DNA of 64,000 nt from Gemmatimonadota bacterium (GCA_963666735.1 OY762926.1:32001-96000); one strand, 5' to 3'. Shown: positions 49,657-60,703, counted from the first letter of the stretch. Notes: a model not told the origin generated them from the letters alone. Numbers and translations are program-made.

Positions 49657-51144
49657 TTACAGCTGGGCCAGCGCCTCCCGCCCGAACCGCTCCGCGGCCT
49701 CGAGCACCTCCCGCACGTCGTCCCAGGTCGTGTTGTGGTTCACGATGCAGATCCGGAGCGCGAACTTGCCGGACACCTCGGCGGAGGACACGAACGCGGG
49801 GTCCTCCCAGAACAGGCGGGCGAGCACCTCGCGGTTCAGTTCGTCGAGGGCTTCCTCGGCCATCTCGCCGGCCATCTCCCCGGCCATCTCTCCGCCGGCC
49901 GGGTTCACCCGGAAGCACACGATGCTCAGCGTGGCCGGGCTCAGGCACTCGAGCATGGGGCTCGCGTCGATGTACGCCTCCGCGCGGGCCGCGCAGTCCA
50001 GCCCGTTCGCGATGCGCTCCCGGAACGCGGCCATCCCGAACGTCTGCACGGACATCCAGATCTTGAGCGCGCGGGCGGAGCGGCTCATCTGCAGTCCCCG
50101 GTCCGCGAGGTTCGGGTGGCCCGCGCCCCACAGGGAGTCTTGGAGGAAAGTGGGCCGGACCCCGAACGGCTCTTCGAGCGTCGACACGTCCCGCACCATG
50201 AGACAGCCGGCTTCGTAGGGCTGGAAGAACCACTTGTGGGCGTCCAGTCCGATGGAATCGGCGCGCTCGATGCCGCTCAGGAGCTTCTTCCCCCGTTCGG
50301 TCACGATGGCGAAGCCGCCGTACGCGGCGTCCACATGGAACCAGATGCCCTCCGTCGCGCAGAAGTCCGCGAGTTCAGGCAGCGGATCGATGGCGCCGGT
50401 CGCGGTGGCGCCGGCGTTTGCGCACACGGCGATGGGGTTCAGTCCGGCCGCGCGGTCCTCCGCCACCATGCGCGCGAACGCGTCGACGTCGATGCGGGAA
50501 CGGTCGTCGCTCGGCACGATGCGTGCGTGGTCCGGACGGATGCCCGCGATCTTCACGGCTCTGACCTGTGCGGGGTGGCTCTGGTCGCTCATGTACACGG
50601 TGGCGCGCTCCGGGTAGCCGGCGGCCTCCCGCGCCGCCACGAGCGCGTCCAGACTCGCCGCGGACCCTCCGCTCGTGAGCAGCCCGCCCGCCGTCTCCGG
50701 CAGTCCGAGCCAGCGCCGGAACCACTCGATGACCACGCACTCGAGCTGGCTGGGTCCGCTCGCCACCAGCCAGTTGCAGGCATTGACGTTGTAGCCGGAG
50801 GCCAGGAAGTCCGCGACGATGCCGGGCCATGTCGGAGAGGACGGAACGAAGCCGAAGCAGCGGGGATGATCGAGGCGAAGCGTGAGCGACAGGACATCGC
50901 GCACGGCCCGCTCCATGACGTCGGTCGCCGGCTGTCCGTCCTCCGGCGGATCCTGCATGAGCCGGTCCTCGAGCGCCTCGCGGAACTCCCCGTCCCAGGC
51001 GTCGTCCCCGGCCAACTCCCCATGGCGCCGCACGAGGATTTCCGCCGCCTCCCGGGCCAGGTCAAGCATCGCCTCGCGCGGCATCTCAAGGCCGTCGGCC
51101 GCCGCGGAATCGGAGGTTGTGTCCGGCACCCTGTCCTGCCTCAT
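49657..51144 (-). CDS. PLP-dependent group II amino-acid decarboxylase
   Basis: HPRCFGFV, SGGS, GATATGAIDP, HVDAAYGG, DAHKW. Confidence 0.92.
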   Translation of the reverse strand: MRQDRVPDTTSDSAAADGLEMPREAMLDLAREAAEILVRRHGELAGDDAWDGEFREALEDRLMQDPPEDGQPATDVMERAVRDVLSLTLRLDHPRCFGFVPSSPTWPGIVADFLASGYNVNACNWLVASGPSQLECVVIEWFRRWLGLPETAGGLLTSGGSAASLDALVAAREAAGYPERATVYMSDQSHPAQVRAVKIAGIRPDHARIVPSDDRSRIDVDAFARMVAEDRAAGLNPIAVCANAGATATGAIDPLPELADFCATEGIWFHVDAAYGGFAIVTERGKKLLSGIERADSIGLDAHKWFFQPYEAGCLMVRDVSTLEEPFGVRPTFLQDSLWGAGHPNLADRGLQMSRSARALKIWMSVQTFGMAAFRERIANGLDCAARAEAYIDASPMLECLSPATLSIVCFRVNPAGGEMAGEMAGEMAEEALDELNREVLARLFWEDPAFVSSAEVSGKFALRICIVNHNTTWDDVREVLEAAERFGREALAQL

Positions 51145-52351
51145 CGCCGTTGTCTTCGCTCCTCGCGGAACTTCGTCTCGTCCGGCGCCAGCCTGATCGC
51201 GCTGGCATAGGGGTTGTCCACGGCGGAGGCCGGTTCGCGAAGCCAACGGCGGACCCGGCCGAGTTCGCGCCAGGCCCAGGCGTGCCGGCGCCGCGGCGCG
51301 TCCATTCCGAGAAGACGTTCCAGAAGCGTGCGCGCATCCTCCAGAAGCCGGCGGTTGTCGCTGGCGGATCCCTCGCGATGCGCGTTGCCCGCAAGCCAAA
51401 GCTTGTTCCGGGCACTCTCCAGCAGGGCGCGAGGGTCGTCGAGAATCGCAGACCCGGCGTTGCCGAAGAGTCGGGCCGCCAGGTCCTCGTCCCCGATGCG
51501 TCTCGCAATGATCGCGGCCCCGGCCGCCTCACGCTCGGAGAGCCTCGAGGACTGTCCTTCGAGGAAGCGATGCACCCGCTCTCCCTGTCCGTCCGCGATC
51601 AGGGCCTCGAGCCACGGCACGACGACAGCGGGACGCTCGATGTCGGTGGCCAAGTGCGTCAGGCGCTTCTCCGCCAGTCCGATTTCCTTGAACAGCTCCC
51701 CGGCGCGCGGGTTCCGCGGCGGCGCCAGTCTCGGGGTCGCACCCCGGACGAGTTCGTCGCGGCCGACTCCCGGCACGGGCCCCGGCGTGCTCCGGATGTC
51801 GATCCGGTCCGATGTGATCCGAACCAGTGTCGTGTGGGGTGAGTCCTCATCGTAACCGCGATGATAGAGCGCGTTCACGAGTACTTCACGCAGCGCCTCC
51901 TCCGGGTAGCTCGGCCGGCGTGATGCCTGGACTCCGTTCGCCGCCTTGTGGATCGCCGACCCGGTGACCTCGCGCCGGAGGTAGGCCAGACACCCGCGGA
52001 CCTGCTCCGCGAGACCTCCGCGGAAATCCTTTTCCTCCAGAACATCGCCGCCGGCCCCGGCGCGCAGGATGCTGGTCTCGATCCTTGCTCCGGTGATCCA
52101 CTGCCGGCAGCGTCCATTCGCTCGGGACTCGGTCCCCTCGGCGGCAGGTCGGCCCCGCCGTCCCTCTCCGCGACGCCCAAGATCACGTAGCCGCTCCCGT
52201 GCCTCCTGAGGTCGTTTGCGAACGCCCAGATGGTCTTCGATACCTGGTAGCCCGTCACCTTCCCGGCCCAGGTCGCCTTGAACTCGATGCGTTCGGATTC
52301 GACGGTCCGGGCGTGGAGCAGGTCGTCCAGGTTGATTCGGAGGTCGCTCAT
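51141..52351 (-). pseudogene. Degraded AlbA_2/Schlafen plus HATPase_c_4 ATP-binding protein with helical C-terminus
   Basis: VESERIEFKATW...AFAND...GYVILGV; SYPEEALREVLVNALYHRGY...RNPRAGELFKEIGLAE; frame breaks between. Confidence 0.75.
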
Positions 52352-52459
52352 CGCCTCGCGGGTCGGGGGTTACCGGTGCCGACGGTCGTGGCGGTCGGGC
52401 CAGCGCGCCCGGGAAACTAACGAAACCCGGCGGAGACTGGCAGCCGTGGCGGTTTGGCC

Positions 52460-52682
52460 CGGTCCCGTAGCCAGCCGACGCTCAGCGCTGTTCCTCGATT
52501 CGCCTTCTCAACCGCCGCATGGCTGAAGGCCCGTCCGTCACGCGGCCGTCGGCGACCTCGCACAAGGCGGTTTCGGCAAGTTGGCGGAAGTGCGCTCCGG
52601 CGCGGTCCAGGAGCGCGGGTGGAACCCTGTCCCTTTCTTCTTCGCTGAGCCCTTCGTAGAGCCACTTCTCAAGGAATCTTCG
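52460..52682 (-). pseudogene. 5'-truncated parD paralogue with a stub of parE
   Basis: LEKWLYEGLSEEERDRVP...AMRRLRRRIE matches the ParD C-terminus at 46595-46790. Confidence 0.8.
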
Positions 52683-52701
52683 AGCGCTTGATCCCCCTGA
52701 G

Positions 52702-52721
52702 GACGTTCCCGCGGGAACGTC
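52702..52721. promoter_or_regulatory. parS-like palindrome, copy 2 (20 bp perfect)
   Basis: GACGTTCCCGCGGGAACGTC. Confidence 0.55.
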
Positions 52722-52808
52722 TTCGCCGGGGAAGAGCCCGGCTGCGTCGCTTGCTACGAACAACCGGGCCTCCTAGCCTCGGATTTCAACCGTTTCTCTC
52801 CGTGACGA

Positions 52809-53411
52809 ATGAACGAGACGCTCAGGGACGAACTGCTGGAGATGGCCCGGCTCGACCGCAAGGTGCGCGCCGAACTCGCCGCCTCGGGCGAACTCTTCGA
52901 TGTCGGCTACGAGCCCCGGATGGCGCGCGTCCACGAGCGGAACGCGCGGCGTCTTCTCCGGATCATCGAGTCGGTCGGCTGGCCGGGAACGGACCTCGTC
53001 GGCCCCGGCGGGGCGGAGGCCGCCTGGATGATCCTGCAGCACGCGATCGCGGAACCCGGCCTGCTCCGGCGCGCGCTGCCACTCCTCCAGGCCGCGGCGC
53101 GCGAGGGAAGGGCGTCTCCCCGGCACGCGGCGATGCTGGAGGACCGGATCCGATTCTTCGAGGGCCGGCCGCAGCGCTACGGGACGCAGTTCGATTGGGA
53201 TGCCGAGGGGAAGCTGTCGCCGGGCGAGGTGGAAGACCCGCCGCGGGTGGATGAGCGGCGGCGTTCCGCCGGACTCCCGCCCCTGGCCGAGCAGATGGAG
53301 GAAGCGCGCCTCCGCGCGGATGCCGAGGGAGACCGGCCGCCGGCGGATCACCCGGCGTACGCGAGGGCGCGCGAGGAATGGGCCGCGGCGGTCGGATGGT
53401 GGACCGGCTGA
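52809..53411 (+). CDS. DUF6624-like protein
   Basis: ELLEMARLDRKVR, GWPG..LVG..GAEAAWMILQHA, DRIR...GRPQRYGTQ, VDERR...GLPPL. Confidence 0.85.
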   Translation: MNETLRDELLEMARLDRKVRAELAASGELFDVGYEPRMARVHERNARRLLRIIESVGWPGTDLVGPGGAEAAWMILQHAIAEPGLLRRALPLLQAAAREGRASPRHAAMLEDRIRFFEGRPQRYGTQFDWDAEGKLSPGEVEDPPRVDERRRSAGLPPLAEQMEEARLRADAEGDRPPADHPAYARAREEWAAAVGWWTG

Positions 53412-53487
53412 ATCGGACTGAATCGGGCTGAACCGGGCTGCGCGTAACGTCCCCGGCCCGGCCCGAGCCAGGCCAACGCGCCGCCCG

Positions 53488-53712
53488 CTATTCCGACGGT
53501 CGGAGCGATTCACCCAGGTTGCGGCCGAACGGCGTGAGCTTGTAAATGCGTTCGTTGCCGCGCACGCGGAGTACCATGCCGGTGGTGACCAGAGAATGGA
53601 GCGCGCGCTCCGCACGTGCCGTACGGCACGTGAGCAGCCGGCGGACGGCAGTGACGCCGAACGATTCCCCGTCGGCGAACTCGTACAGGATCCGTTTCGC
53701 GTCCTCGGTCAC
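53488..53712 (-). CDS. Small winged-helix protein or fragment
   Basis: AERALHSLVTTGMVLRV...YKLTPFG wing motif. Confidence 0.45.
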   Translation of the reverse strand: MTEDAKRILYEFADGESFGVTAVRRLLTCRTARAERALHSLVTTGMVLRVRGNERIYKLTPFGRNLGESLRPSE

Positions 53713-54129
53713 GGCGCGTCGGCCATGTGCACACGAAAGCACGAGCCGCAGACTTCGTCCGTCGCATGCCGCGGGAGGCACCCCCCCTCGGGCGGTTCTC
53801 GCGGGACAAGGAACCGAGGCTCGTCGGCCGCGAACGTTCTCCGGCAGCGCCGGTACCCGTGGGGGCATCGGGGATTCCTGCAATCGCACGGATCGCGCAC
53901 CGCTCGAGAAGCCCGGCGGGAAGGCGTGTCCAATCGAATGTTCGTCACTCCCTGCACCGTCAGCCTCGGCGTTACGGGCCTGCCTTCACACCGGTATCGG
54001 TTTCGCACCGATGCCGCGCCGCGCGGGTCGCGGATGGCTTGATATGGCGACCATTTCGCGACTTATCGGCTGGGATGCACGAGATTATCGCGGCTTCCGA
54101 ACGCTTGCAAGGACGAACGTAACCCCGCT

Positions 54130-54340
54130 CGGCCCGGCCCTGCGGCGCGCTACGGCGTGATCGCCACCGTCGACGGCGCAGGAGGGATCGGGGAGTTCGT
54201 GACCTCCGGTTTCACTCCGGCCGAAGAGGCCGAGTTGGTCGTCTGGCTGGACGGCCCGCAACTTTTTGAGCACTTCAGGAGTCTTGCCGCGCCGATTCGC
54301 GTGGGGAACCTGCCCGTCCATGTCCGCGCGCACGGCACGG
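54130..54340 (+). pseudogene. GAF sensor-domain fragment of a signalling protein
   Basis: GARYGVIATVDGAGGIGEFVTSG...GPQLFEHF; no intact gene. Confidence 0.45.
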
Positions 54341-54383
54341 GCAGATCTGGAGACCCTCATCGACGCTGCCGCGATCCTCCCAT

Positions 54384-56174
54384 TCAGGATTCGCGCTCGG
54401 GCACGGCGGAAACGCGGAGGGTCAGTATGTCCACGTCGTGGAACTGCTGGTGCCGGACCGAGGAGGCGAGGTGCCTGAGCAGCCGGAGCGAGATCTCCTG
54501 CTCCACGTCGGCCGCTCTGGTCTCCGCCTCGAGCCACGCCAGGCGGTCCTGAAGGTTGAGTTCGTCGCTGCCCGCGGCGCCCACCCTGAACTCAAGCACG
54601 GCCTCGCCGTCCTCCTCGCTCGCCGTCAGGAGCAGTTCGCGTCTCCCGTCGTCGGGTGTTGCCTCCGCCTCAGCCGTCCTATCCGCCTCATCCGCCGCGT
54701 TCCGCAACTCGAGCAGCGTGAGCAGCGTCTCCTCGCTCGCGGCTTCGAGCCGCTCCGTGACCGCCGTCATCCCGTGCCGTGCCGAGAACGCTTGGATGAA
54801 CTCCCGGATCCGGGCCAGTTCGGCCACGTCGAGCGCGACTCTGAGCCGGCTCTTCCGCCGCGTCGTCAGCGCGGTGAGCACCAGCGCCATCAGGCCTCCC
54901 GTCGTCAACCCGTTGCTCAGCAGGCCGCCCGCGAACTCCGCGAAGTAGGCGGGAAAGATCAGGTCGAACTCGAATGCGAGACCCGTCCAGAACGAGACGC
55001 CCGCAATCAGGCCGTTGCGGGGGTTCGCGCCCATGCTCTGCACGACTTCGCGCATCCCGACCGTGAACAGCATCGCCATGACCACGGCGATGGAGGCGGC
55101 CACGACAGCGTCGGGAATGGCGAGAATGAGGGCGAGCGCCTTGGGGAGGAAGGCGAGGACGCAGAAGGCTAGTCCGGCTGCCGCACCGACCCTGCGCGCG
55201 GCGACGCCCGTGACTTCGATGGCGGCCACGCCGCTCCCGTTGGGCGTGTTGGGCAGGGTTCCCGCGACACCCGCGAGCAGATTCCCGGCGCCTTCCGCGG
55301 CCACGGCGCGCTGCACCGCGCGAAAATCGACCGCCCGCGACCGGCGCCACGACACGCGCTGGGCGGAGACGGCGACGGCGACGGACTTGGTCGTGCCGAC
55401 GAGCGCCACGAACAGGAACGCGGGCAGCAGAGCCCAGAACGCCGGGCCGAAGCCGACGTCGAGCGCGGGCAGCCCGCCGGCCGGGACGCCGATCCACTCG
55501 GCGTCGGCCACGCGGCCGGTGTCGTAGATGCCGAAGGCCGCGCCGACCAGGGAGCCGGCGATGATGCCGACGGCCGGGGCCCAGAGGCGCAGGGTCCCTT
55601 TCGCCCGGAGCGCGATGCCCAGGATGGCGACGATCGTCACGCCGGCGCTCAGCGGTCCGGCCCGCACGGGGGCGCCCGGCGGCAACTCGTTGAGCATGTC
55701 GAACAGGATCGGCATCACGGTGACGGGCATGAGCATGACCACCGTACCGGTAACGACGGGCGTGAGCACCCGGTGCAGCAGCGAAAGCCGCGCGGAAAAC
55801 GCCGCCTGGGCGAGCGCCGAGACGACGACCAGGGTGGCGAGCAGCCCCGGTCCGCCCCGAATCAGAGCCTCGGCGCAGACGGCGATGAAGATGGCCGAAC
55901 TGACGTGCGGCAGCGCGTACCCCGCCCCGATCCGTCCCACTCGCAGGCCCTGGAGGATCGTGGCGACGCCGCATGCGAGGACGGAGGCGAACACCGCCCA
56001 CAACACGAGGTCTTCGGCGCCGCCCGCCCGAAACGCGATCGTCGGAATCAGCACGACCCCGTTGATGCCCATGGCGGCGAGCTGAAAGCCGAGACCCAGC
56101 GCGACCGGGCCCGGAAGCCGGTCCTCGACTTCGTAGCGAAGGTCTTCGTTCGACCTGAACCGCGGACGCTTCAC
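54384..56174 (-). CDS. NCS2 (xanthine/uracil-type) permease with C-terminal soluble anti-sigma-kinase-like domain
   Basis: LQGLRVGRIGAGY, AEGAGNLLAG..GTLPNT, TGVAARRVG; tail ERLEAASEETLL...ISLRLLRHLASSVRHQQ. Confidence 0.82.
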   Translation of the reverse strand: MKRPRFRSNEDLRYEVEDRLPGPVALGLGFQLAAMGINGVVLIPTIAFRAGGAEDLVLWAVFASVLACGVATILQGLRVGRIGAGYALPHVSSAIFIAVCAEALIRGGPGLLATLVVVSALAQAAFSARLSLLHRVLTPVVTGTVVMLMPVTVMPILFDMLNELPPGAPVRAGPLSAGVTIVAILGIALRAKGTLRLWAPAVGIIAGSLVGAAFGIYDTGRVADAEWIGVPAGGLPALDVGFGPAFWALLPAFLFVALVGTTKSVAVAVSAQRVSWRRSRAVDFRAVQRAVAAEGAGNLLAGVAGTLPNTPNGSGVAAIEVTGVAARRVGAAAGLAFCVLAFLPKALALILAIPDAVVAASIAVVMAMLFTVGMREVVQSMGANPRNGLIAGVSFWTGLAFEFDLIFPAYFAEFAGGLLSNGLTTGGLMALVLTALTTRRKSRLRVALDVAELARIREFIQAFSARHGMTAVTERLEAASEETLLTLLELRNAADEADRTAEAEATPDDGRRELLLTASEEDGEAVLEFRVGAAGSDELNLQDRLAWLEAETRAADVEQEISLRLLRHLASSVRHQQFHDVDILTLRVSAVPERES

Positions 56175-56311
56175 TCGGATCCGCTCCCGGCTTCCGGCTG
56201 ACTTGCTGGCTCGCGCATGAGACGGCATGGTGAGACGGAACGCAGGAACAGGCAAGCGAGCACAGCCCGGACACGGCTGAGCGTGTACCCAGCGATCTGG
56301 AGGAGTCTGGC

Positions 56312-56596
56312 GTGGCTGCTTACATCGTGATTCGAACGAGGGTTCGGGATCCCGAGGCGCACGGCGCTTTCGCGGAGGCGGCGACGGCGCTGCTTGCGCA
56401 ATCCGACGGTGAGTTCGTCGTGCGGGCGCGCGACTGCGCCACGCTCGAGGGCGAGGCGCCCGATGTCGTTGTCGTCCAGCGTTTTCCCGACGCCGCGTCC
56501 GCGCGGGCGTTCTACGACAGCCCCGAGCATCAGGAGGCCCTGAAGCGCGCTGGCGACGCCTTCACCCGCGAGGTCGTGATCGTCGAGGGTGCCTAG
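56312..56596 (+). CDS. DUF1330 protein
   Basis: AAYIV...GEFVVR...LEG...FPDAASARAFYDSPEHQ...IVEG. Confidence 0.88.
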   Translation: MAAYIVIRTRVRDPEAHGAFAEAATALLAQSDGEFVVRARDCATLEGEAPDVVVVQRFPDAASARAFYDSPEHQEALKRAGDAFTREVVIVEGA

Positions 56597-56673
56597 CCCC
56601 GGCTGCGGGCCGCCGCGCGAAGGCGGCCCGCCCCTCCAGGGTGTTCCCGCCCGCCCGACCGACGGATCAGCCG

Positions 56674-56871
56674 ATGAAGGAGCATCGGAGTGCGCTGAAG
56701 GTCGCGCTGAGAGTGGCCGGCCATTTTGCGGCCATAGTGCTGATCTATCTCATGTTCTCGTTCTCGCTGTTTCTCGGGCTGCAGGTCAATACGACTTACG
56801 GGAACCTTGGCATGGTCCTGTCCGCCGGAGCAGCCCTGGCCTACGTTCTCCGGTGCATCCGAAACCGTTAG
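56674..56871 (+). CDS. Small two-TM membrane protein
   Basis: 65 aa, two hydrophobic helices. Confidence 0.55.
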   Translation: MKEHRSALKVALRVAGHFAAIVLIYLMFSFSLFLGLQVNTTYGNLGMVLSAGAALAYVLRCIRNR

Positions 56872-56980
56872 ACTATCGGAAGCGGGATTATCCCTCGTTT
56901 ATCGTGAGCCTCATCCTCGAGAACAAGGTGCTGGCCACTCGCGACTTCGTGAACCTCGACAAGAGCGAAGAGACCGCCTG

Positions 56981-59900
56981 GTGAACGCCTTCGTCCGCTG
57001 GTGGGAAGTCACGCGACGGGAGTTCGGCGCGTGGTTCCGCCGTCCGGCCAACTGGGCGCTGATCGCGGTCTTGGCCTTCGTCGCCCTGGGGATGGCCAGT
57101 GGGGGCGTCCGCATACCCAGCGGCGGCTCCGGGACCGGCGGCGAGTGGCCCTTCATCACCTCCGTCTACACGCAGAGCATGATCCAGGGCACGGTCATGC
57201 TCGCGACCGCAGCTTGGTTCCTTTCCATCTCGTGCGGGATGGTCGTCATTCGGGACCTCGAACTGCAGGTGACGGAGCTCTTCCACTCGACCCGTCTCAC
57301 GCCGCGGGAGTACGCGTGGGGCAAGTTCTGCGGGGTGGTCGGCGGCTTCGCTGTCGCGTGGCTCGTCTTCCTGATCGTACTCGTCCTGTTCGCACAGGTC
57401 GTGGGGGACCTTACGGGTTCCCGGCTCATCGGGCCCTTCTCCCCATGGAACTATCTTTTCCCGACGCTCCTCTTCGGGGTGCCGCAGATTCTGCTCTTCG
57501 GGGGCGTCGCCTTCTTCCTCGGCACATGGACGCGCCGTCCGATCATCGTCTTCGTCTTCCCCATGGCGGCGACCCTCGTGACCCTCACCTTCCTGACCGA
57601 GTGGTCGCCCAGCTGGCTCGCACCGGAGGTCACCCGGCGGCTGATGCTCATCGACCCCTCGGGGTATCGCTGGCTGAACGAGACCTTCCTCGCGGTCGAC
57701 CGCGGCGTGGATTTCTACAACACGCAGCCGCTGCGGCCCGACGCGGGATTCGTGATCAGCCGGGCGGTCCTTGCGCTGCTGGGACTCGGCGCCGTAGCGG
57801 CCGCGGTGCGCAGCTACGCCCGCAGAATGCTGGCCGGAGGCCGGGAGTCCCGCATCCTGCGCGGACTTCGGAGCCGAGAGACCCCTGCCGCCGCCACGGA
57901 ATCCGCTCCGGTCGTCGCCGCAGACGCCGACCCCGCGCCGAGCTCGACCCGCGCGGCGAAGAGGACGACGCTGGCCGACCTCGGAATGACGACCCGGCCC
58001 CTCGGTTTCCGGCGGGCCGCCGGCGTGGTCGCGCGCGGCGAGATCCGGGACCTCGTCGCGCGGCCCGGGATGTATCTCTTCGTCCCCCTGATCCTGTTCA
58101 TGGCGTTCGAGACATCGATCGCGGTCGGTCCCTTCGATTCCCGCCTTCTGACCACACCGGGCGGGATGGCGGGAGGGCAGCTCAACGCGCTCACCCTCTT
58201 CCTCTGCTTCCTGCTCCTCTTCTACACCGTCGAGTCGCTGCACGGGGAACGCAGCAGCCGCCTGCATGAGATCTTCGGCGCCATTCCCGTCGGCACCGGA
58301 GCCGTCCTCCTCGGAAAGACGCTGGGGAACAGCGTGATGGCGGGCTTCATCCTGCTGGTGACGCTCGTCGCCGACGCGGCGTTCCTCCTCTACGAGCGGT
58401 TCATCGGCGGGAGCCCGGTTGGGTTCGACCTCTTCCCCTTCGTGGCCATGTGGGGGGCCGTGCTCGTCCCCACCTTCATTTTCTGGACGGCGTTCGTCAC
58501 GGCCCTCTTCTCCCTCTTTCGAAACCGGTACGCGGTGTACGGAACCGGGGTGGGCCTCGTCATCTTCACCGTGTACCGACTGCAGGGGGGCGAGGGAACG
58601 ACCTGGGTGTACAACTGGCTCGGCTGGGGCGCGCTGAGCTGGAGCGACATGGGCACGTTCACGCTGCACGGGACGCCGCTCCTCCTCAATCGCCTCCTCT
58701 ACCTGAGCCTGGCGCCGCTCCTCGTCGCGCTCGCGGTGAAGTGGTACGGCCGGCAGGATTTCGACGCGGTGGGAATCATCCACCGCCTCCGTCCGAAGCC
58801 GCTGCTGCTGGGCGCCTGCCGGCTGCTGCCGCTGGGGATCCCCGCCATCGTCCTGGCCTCGATCCTCGCCATCGGGGGCGCGCGGGGCTACGAGGGAGAT
58901 GCGGCGGACAGATGGACGAAGGCCTACTGGCGGCAGAACTCCGAAACCTGGAGAGACTTCCGCATGCCTTCGGTCTCTCGCGTCGACCTCGATCTCGACT
59001 TCGAGCCGAACGAGCGCTCCGTGGCGGTCAAGGGGGAATACACCTTCCTCAACCACCGTGACCATGCGTACGAGCGGCTTCCGGTTACGGCGGGTCCGTG
59101 GGATCCGATCGAATGGACGTTCAACGGGGAGACGTACGAACCGGAGGACCGCTCGAACCTCTTCGTCTTCACGCCGCGCGCGCCGCTGGAGCCCGGGGAT
59201 ACGCTCAGGATCGGCTTCGAGTACGACTTCGTGTTCATGGAGGGGATGAGCCGGGGGCCCAGCCAGCCGATGCAGTTCATCCTCGAATCGGGGATCGTGC
59301 TCACCGCTTCCAGCCCGACGTTCGTCCCCGTGCCCGGCTACCTGCCCGGAATCGGCGTGGATGAGGACAACTCGGCCGAACCCCGCGAGTACCCCGACGA
59401 CTTCCATGAAAGCGAGACGGAGCCGCTGTTCGGCTGGGGCGGCGGGCCCTTCACGGTGCGCACCCGCATCAGGACCCCCGAGGCGTTCACCGCCAACGCG
59501 GTCGGCCAACTGGTGAGCAGCGAGGTGGCCGATGGCCGGCGCACGGTGGTGTGGGAGACCGACCATCCCGTGACGATGTTCAACGTGATCGCCGGCAAGT
59601 ACGCGGTGGCCGAAGGGGACGGCACCGCGATCTACCACCACCCGGAGCACGACTACAATATCGAGGAGATGTCCGCCGCCCTCGACGCGGCGCGCAGATA
59701 CTACTCCGAGTGGTTCTATCCCTTCCCCTGGGACGTGCTCAAGGTCTCCGAGTTCCCCGCCTACTTGCCCTATGCCCAGAGCTTCCCCACGAACATCTCG
59801 TTCAGCGAGGGCGTGGGGTTCCTGGCGAAGAGCGACCCGCGTTCGCACTTGGCGTTTGCGGTCGTCGCGCACGAAGCCGCGCACCAGTGGTGGGGGAGTC

Positions 59901-60664
59901 TCCTCGTCCCCGGCGGAGGCCCCGGCGGCGAAATCCTCTCCGAGGGCATGGCCCACTACGCGACCATGCTCCTGCACGAGCAGGTGTACGGCGACCGCTA
60001 CCGCATGGAGTTCGGCAAGCGGATCGAGTCGCTGTACGGCGTCGGCCGACGCGTTGACCGGGAGCGCCCGCTGGTGAGGACGGACGGGACCCGCGCCGGC
60101 GATTTCACGGTCACCTACAACAAGAGCGCCTGGGTGATGTGGATGCTTCAGCAGGAGGTGGGCCGCGAGAACCTCCTCGCCGCCCTGCGCGCCTTCATCG
60201 CGAAGTACAACCCCGATCCGGACTTCCCGGTGCTCCTGGACATGCTGCTCGTGCTGCGCGGCTTCGCGCCGGACTCGGCGAGATTCGAGTCCTTCGCTCG
60301 CCAGTGGTTCGAGGACGTGGTCGTGCCCGAGTATCGCTTCTCCGGCGTGACGAAGACTCGGGAAAGTGACGGCGCCGGCGGCGAGGCGTGGGTCGTGCGC
60401 GGGACGGTCGAGAATCCGGGCACCAGCTACATGACCGTGGAGGTGGCCGCGACGGCGGGTCGGCGCTGGTCGGACGAGGGGGACGACGGTCATCGATCCG
60501 TGGTGGCCGAAGGCTATCGCGACGCGCGTACCGAAGTCGCGCTGGGCGCCGGGGAATCCGCCGACTTCGAGATCCGGGCGGCGTTCGATCCGGAGCGGGT
60601 GCTCGTCGACCCGGACGTACTCGTCCTGCAACTCAACCGGGACGCCGCCGTGTTCGACTTCTGA
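56981..60664 (+). CDS. ABC-2 permease / M1 zinc aminopeptidase fusion
   Basis: Two multi-TM blocks; YAQSFP, VAHEAAHQWWG...LSEGMAHY, YNKS. Confidence 0.9.
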   Translation: MNAFVRWWEVTRREFGAWFRRPANWALIAVLAFVALGMASGGVRIPSGGSGTGGEWPFITSVYTQSMIQGTVMLATAAWFLSISCGMVVIRDLELQVTELFHSTRLTPREYAWGKFCGVVGGFAVAWLVFLIVLVLFAQVVGDLTGSRLIGPFSPWNYLFPTLLFGVPQILLFGGVAFFLGTWTRRPIIVFVFPMAATLVTLTFLTEWSPSWLAPEVTRRLMLIDPSGYRWLNETFLAVDRGVDFYNTQPLRPDAGFVISRAVLALLGLGAVAAAVRSYARRMLAGGRESRILRGLRSRETPAAATESAPVVAADADPAPSSTRAAKRTTLADLGMTTRPLGFRRAAGVVARGEIRDLVARPGMYLFVPLILFMAFETSIAVGPFDSRLLTTPGGMAGGQLNALTLFLCFLLLFYTVESLHGERSSRLHEIFGAIPVGTGAVLLGKTLGNSVMAGFILLVTLVADAAFLLYERFIGGSPVGFDLFPFVAMWGAVLVPTFIFWTAFVTALFSLFRNRYAVYGTGVGLVIFTVYRLQGGEGTTWVYNWLGWGALSWSDMGTFTLHGTPLLLNRLLYLSLAPLLVALAVKWYGRQDFDAVGIIHRLRPKPLLLGACRLLPLGIPAIVLASILAIGGARGYEGDAADRWTKAYWRQNSETWRDFRMPSVSRVDLDLDFEPNERSVAVKGEYTFLNHRDHAYERLPVTAGPWDPIEWTFNGETYEPEDRSNLFVFTPRAPLEPGDTLRIGFEYDFVFMEGMSRGPSQPMQFILESGIVLTASSPTFVPVPGYLPGIGVDEDNSAEPREYPDDFHESETEPLFGWGGGPFTVRTRIRTPEAFTANAVGQLVSSEVADGRRTVVWETDHPVTMFNVIAGKYAVAEGDGTAIYHHPEHDYNIEEMSAALDAARRYYSEWFYPFPWDVLKVSEFPAYLPYAQSFPTNISFSEGVGFLAKSDPRSHLAFAVVAHEAAHQWWGSLLVPGGGPGGEILSEGMAHYATMLLHEQVYGDRYRMEFGKRIESLYGVGRRVDRERPLVRTDGTRAGDFTVTYNKSAWVMWMLQQEVGRENLLAALRAFIAKYNPDPDFPVLLDMLLVLRGFAPDSARFESFARQWFEDVVVPEYRFSGVTKTRESDGAGGEAWVVRGTVENPGTSYMTVEVAATAGRRWSDEGDDGHRSVVAEGYRDARTEVALGAGESADFEIRAAFDPERVLVDPDVLVLQLNRDAAVFDF

Positions 60665-60703
60665 GGAGAGACTCCACCGAATCCGGGTCTCGCGGGTCTG
60701 AAG

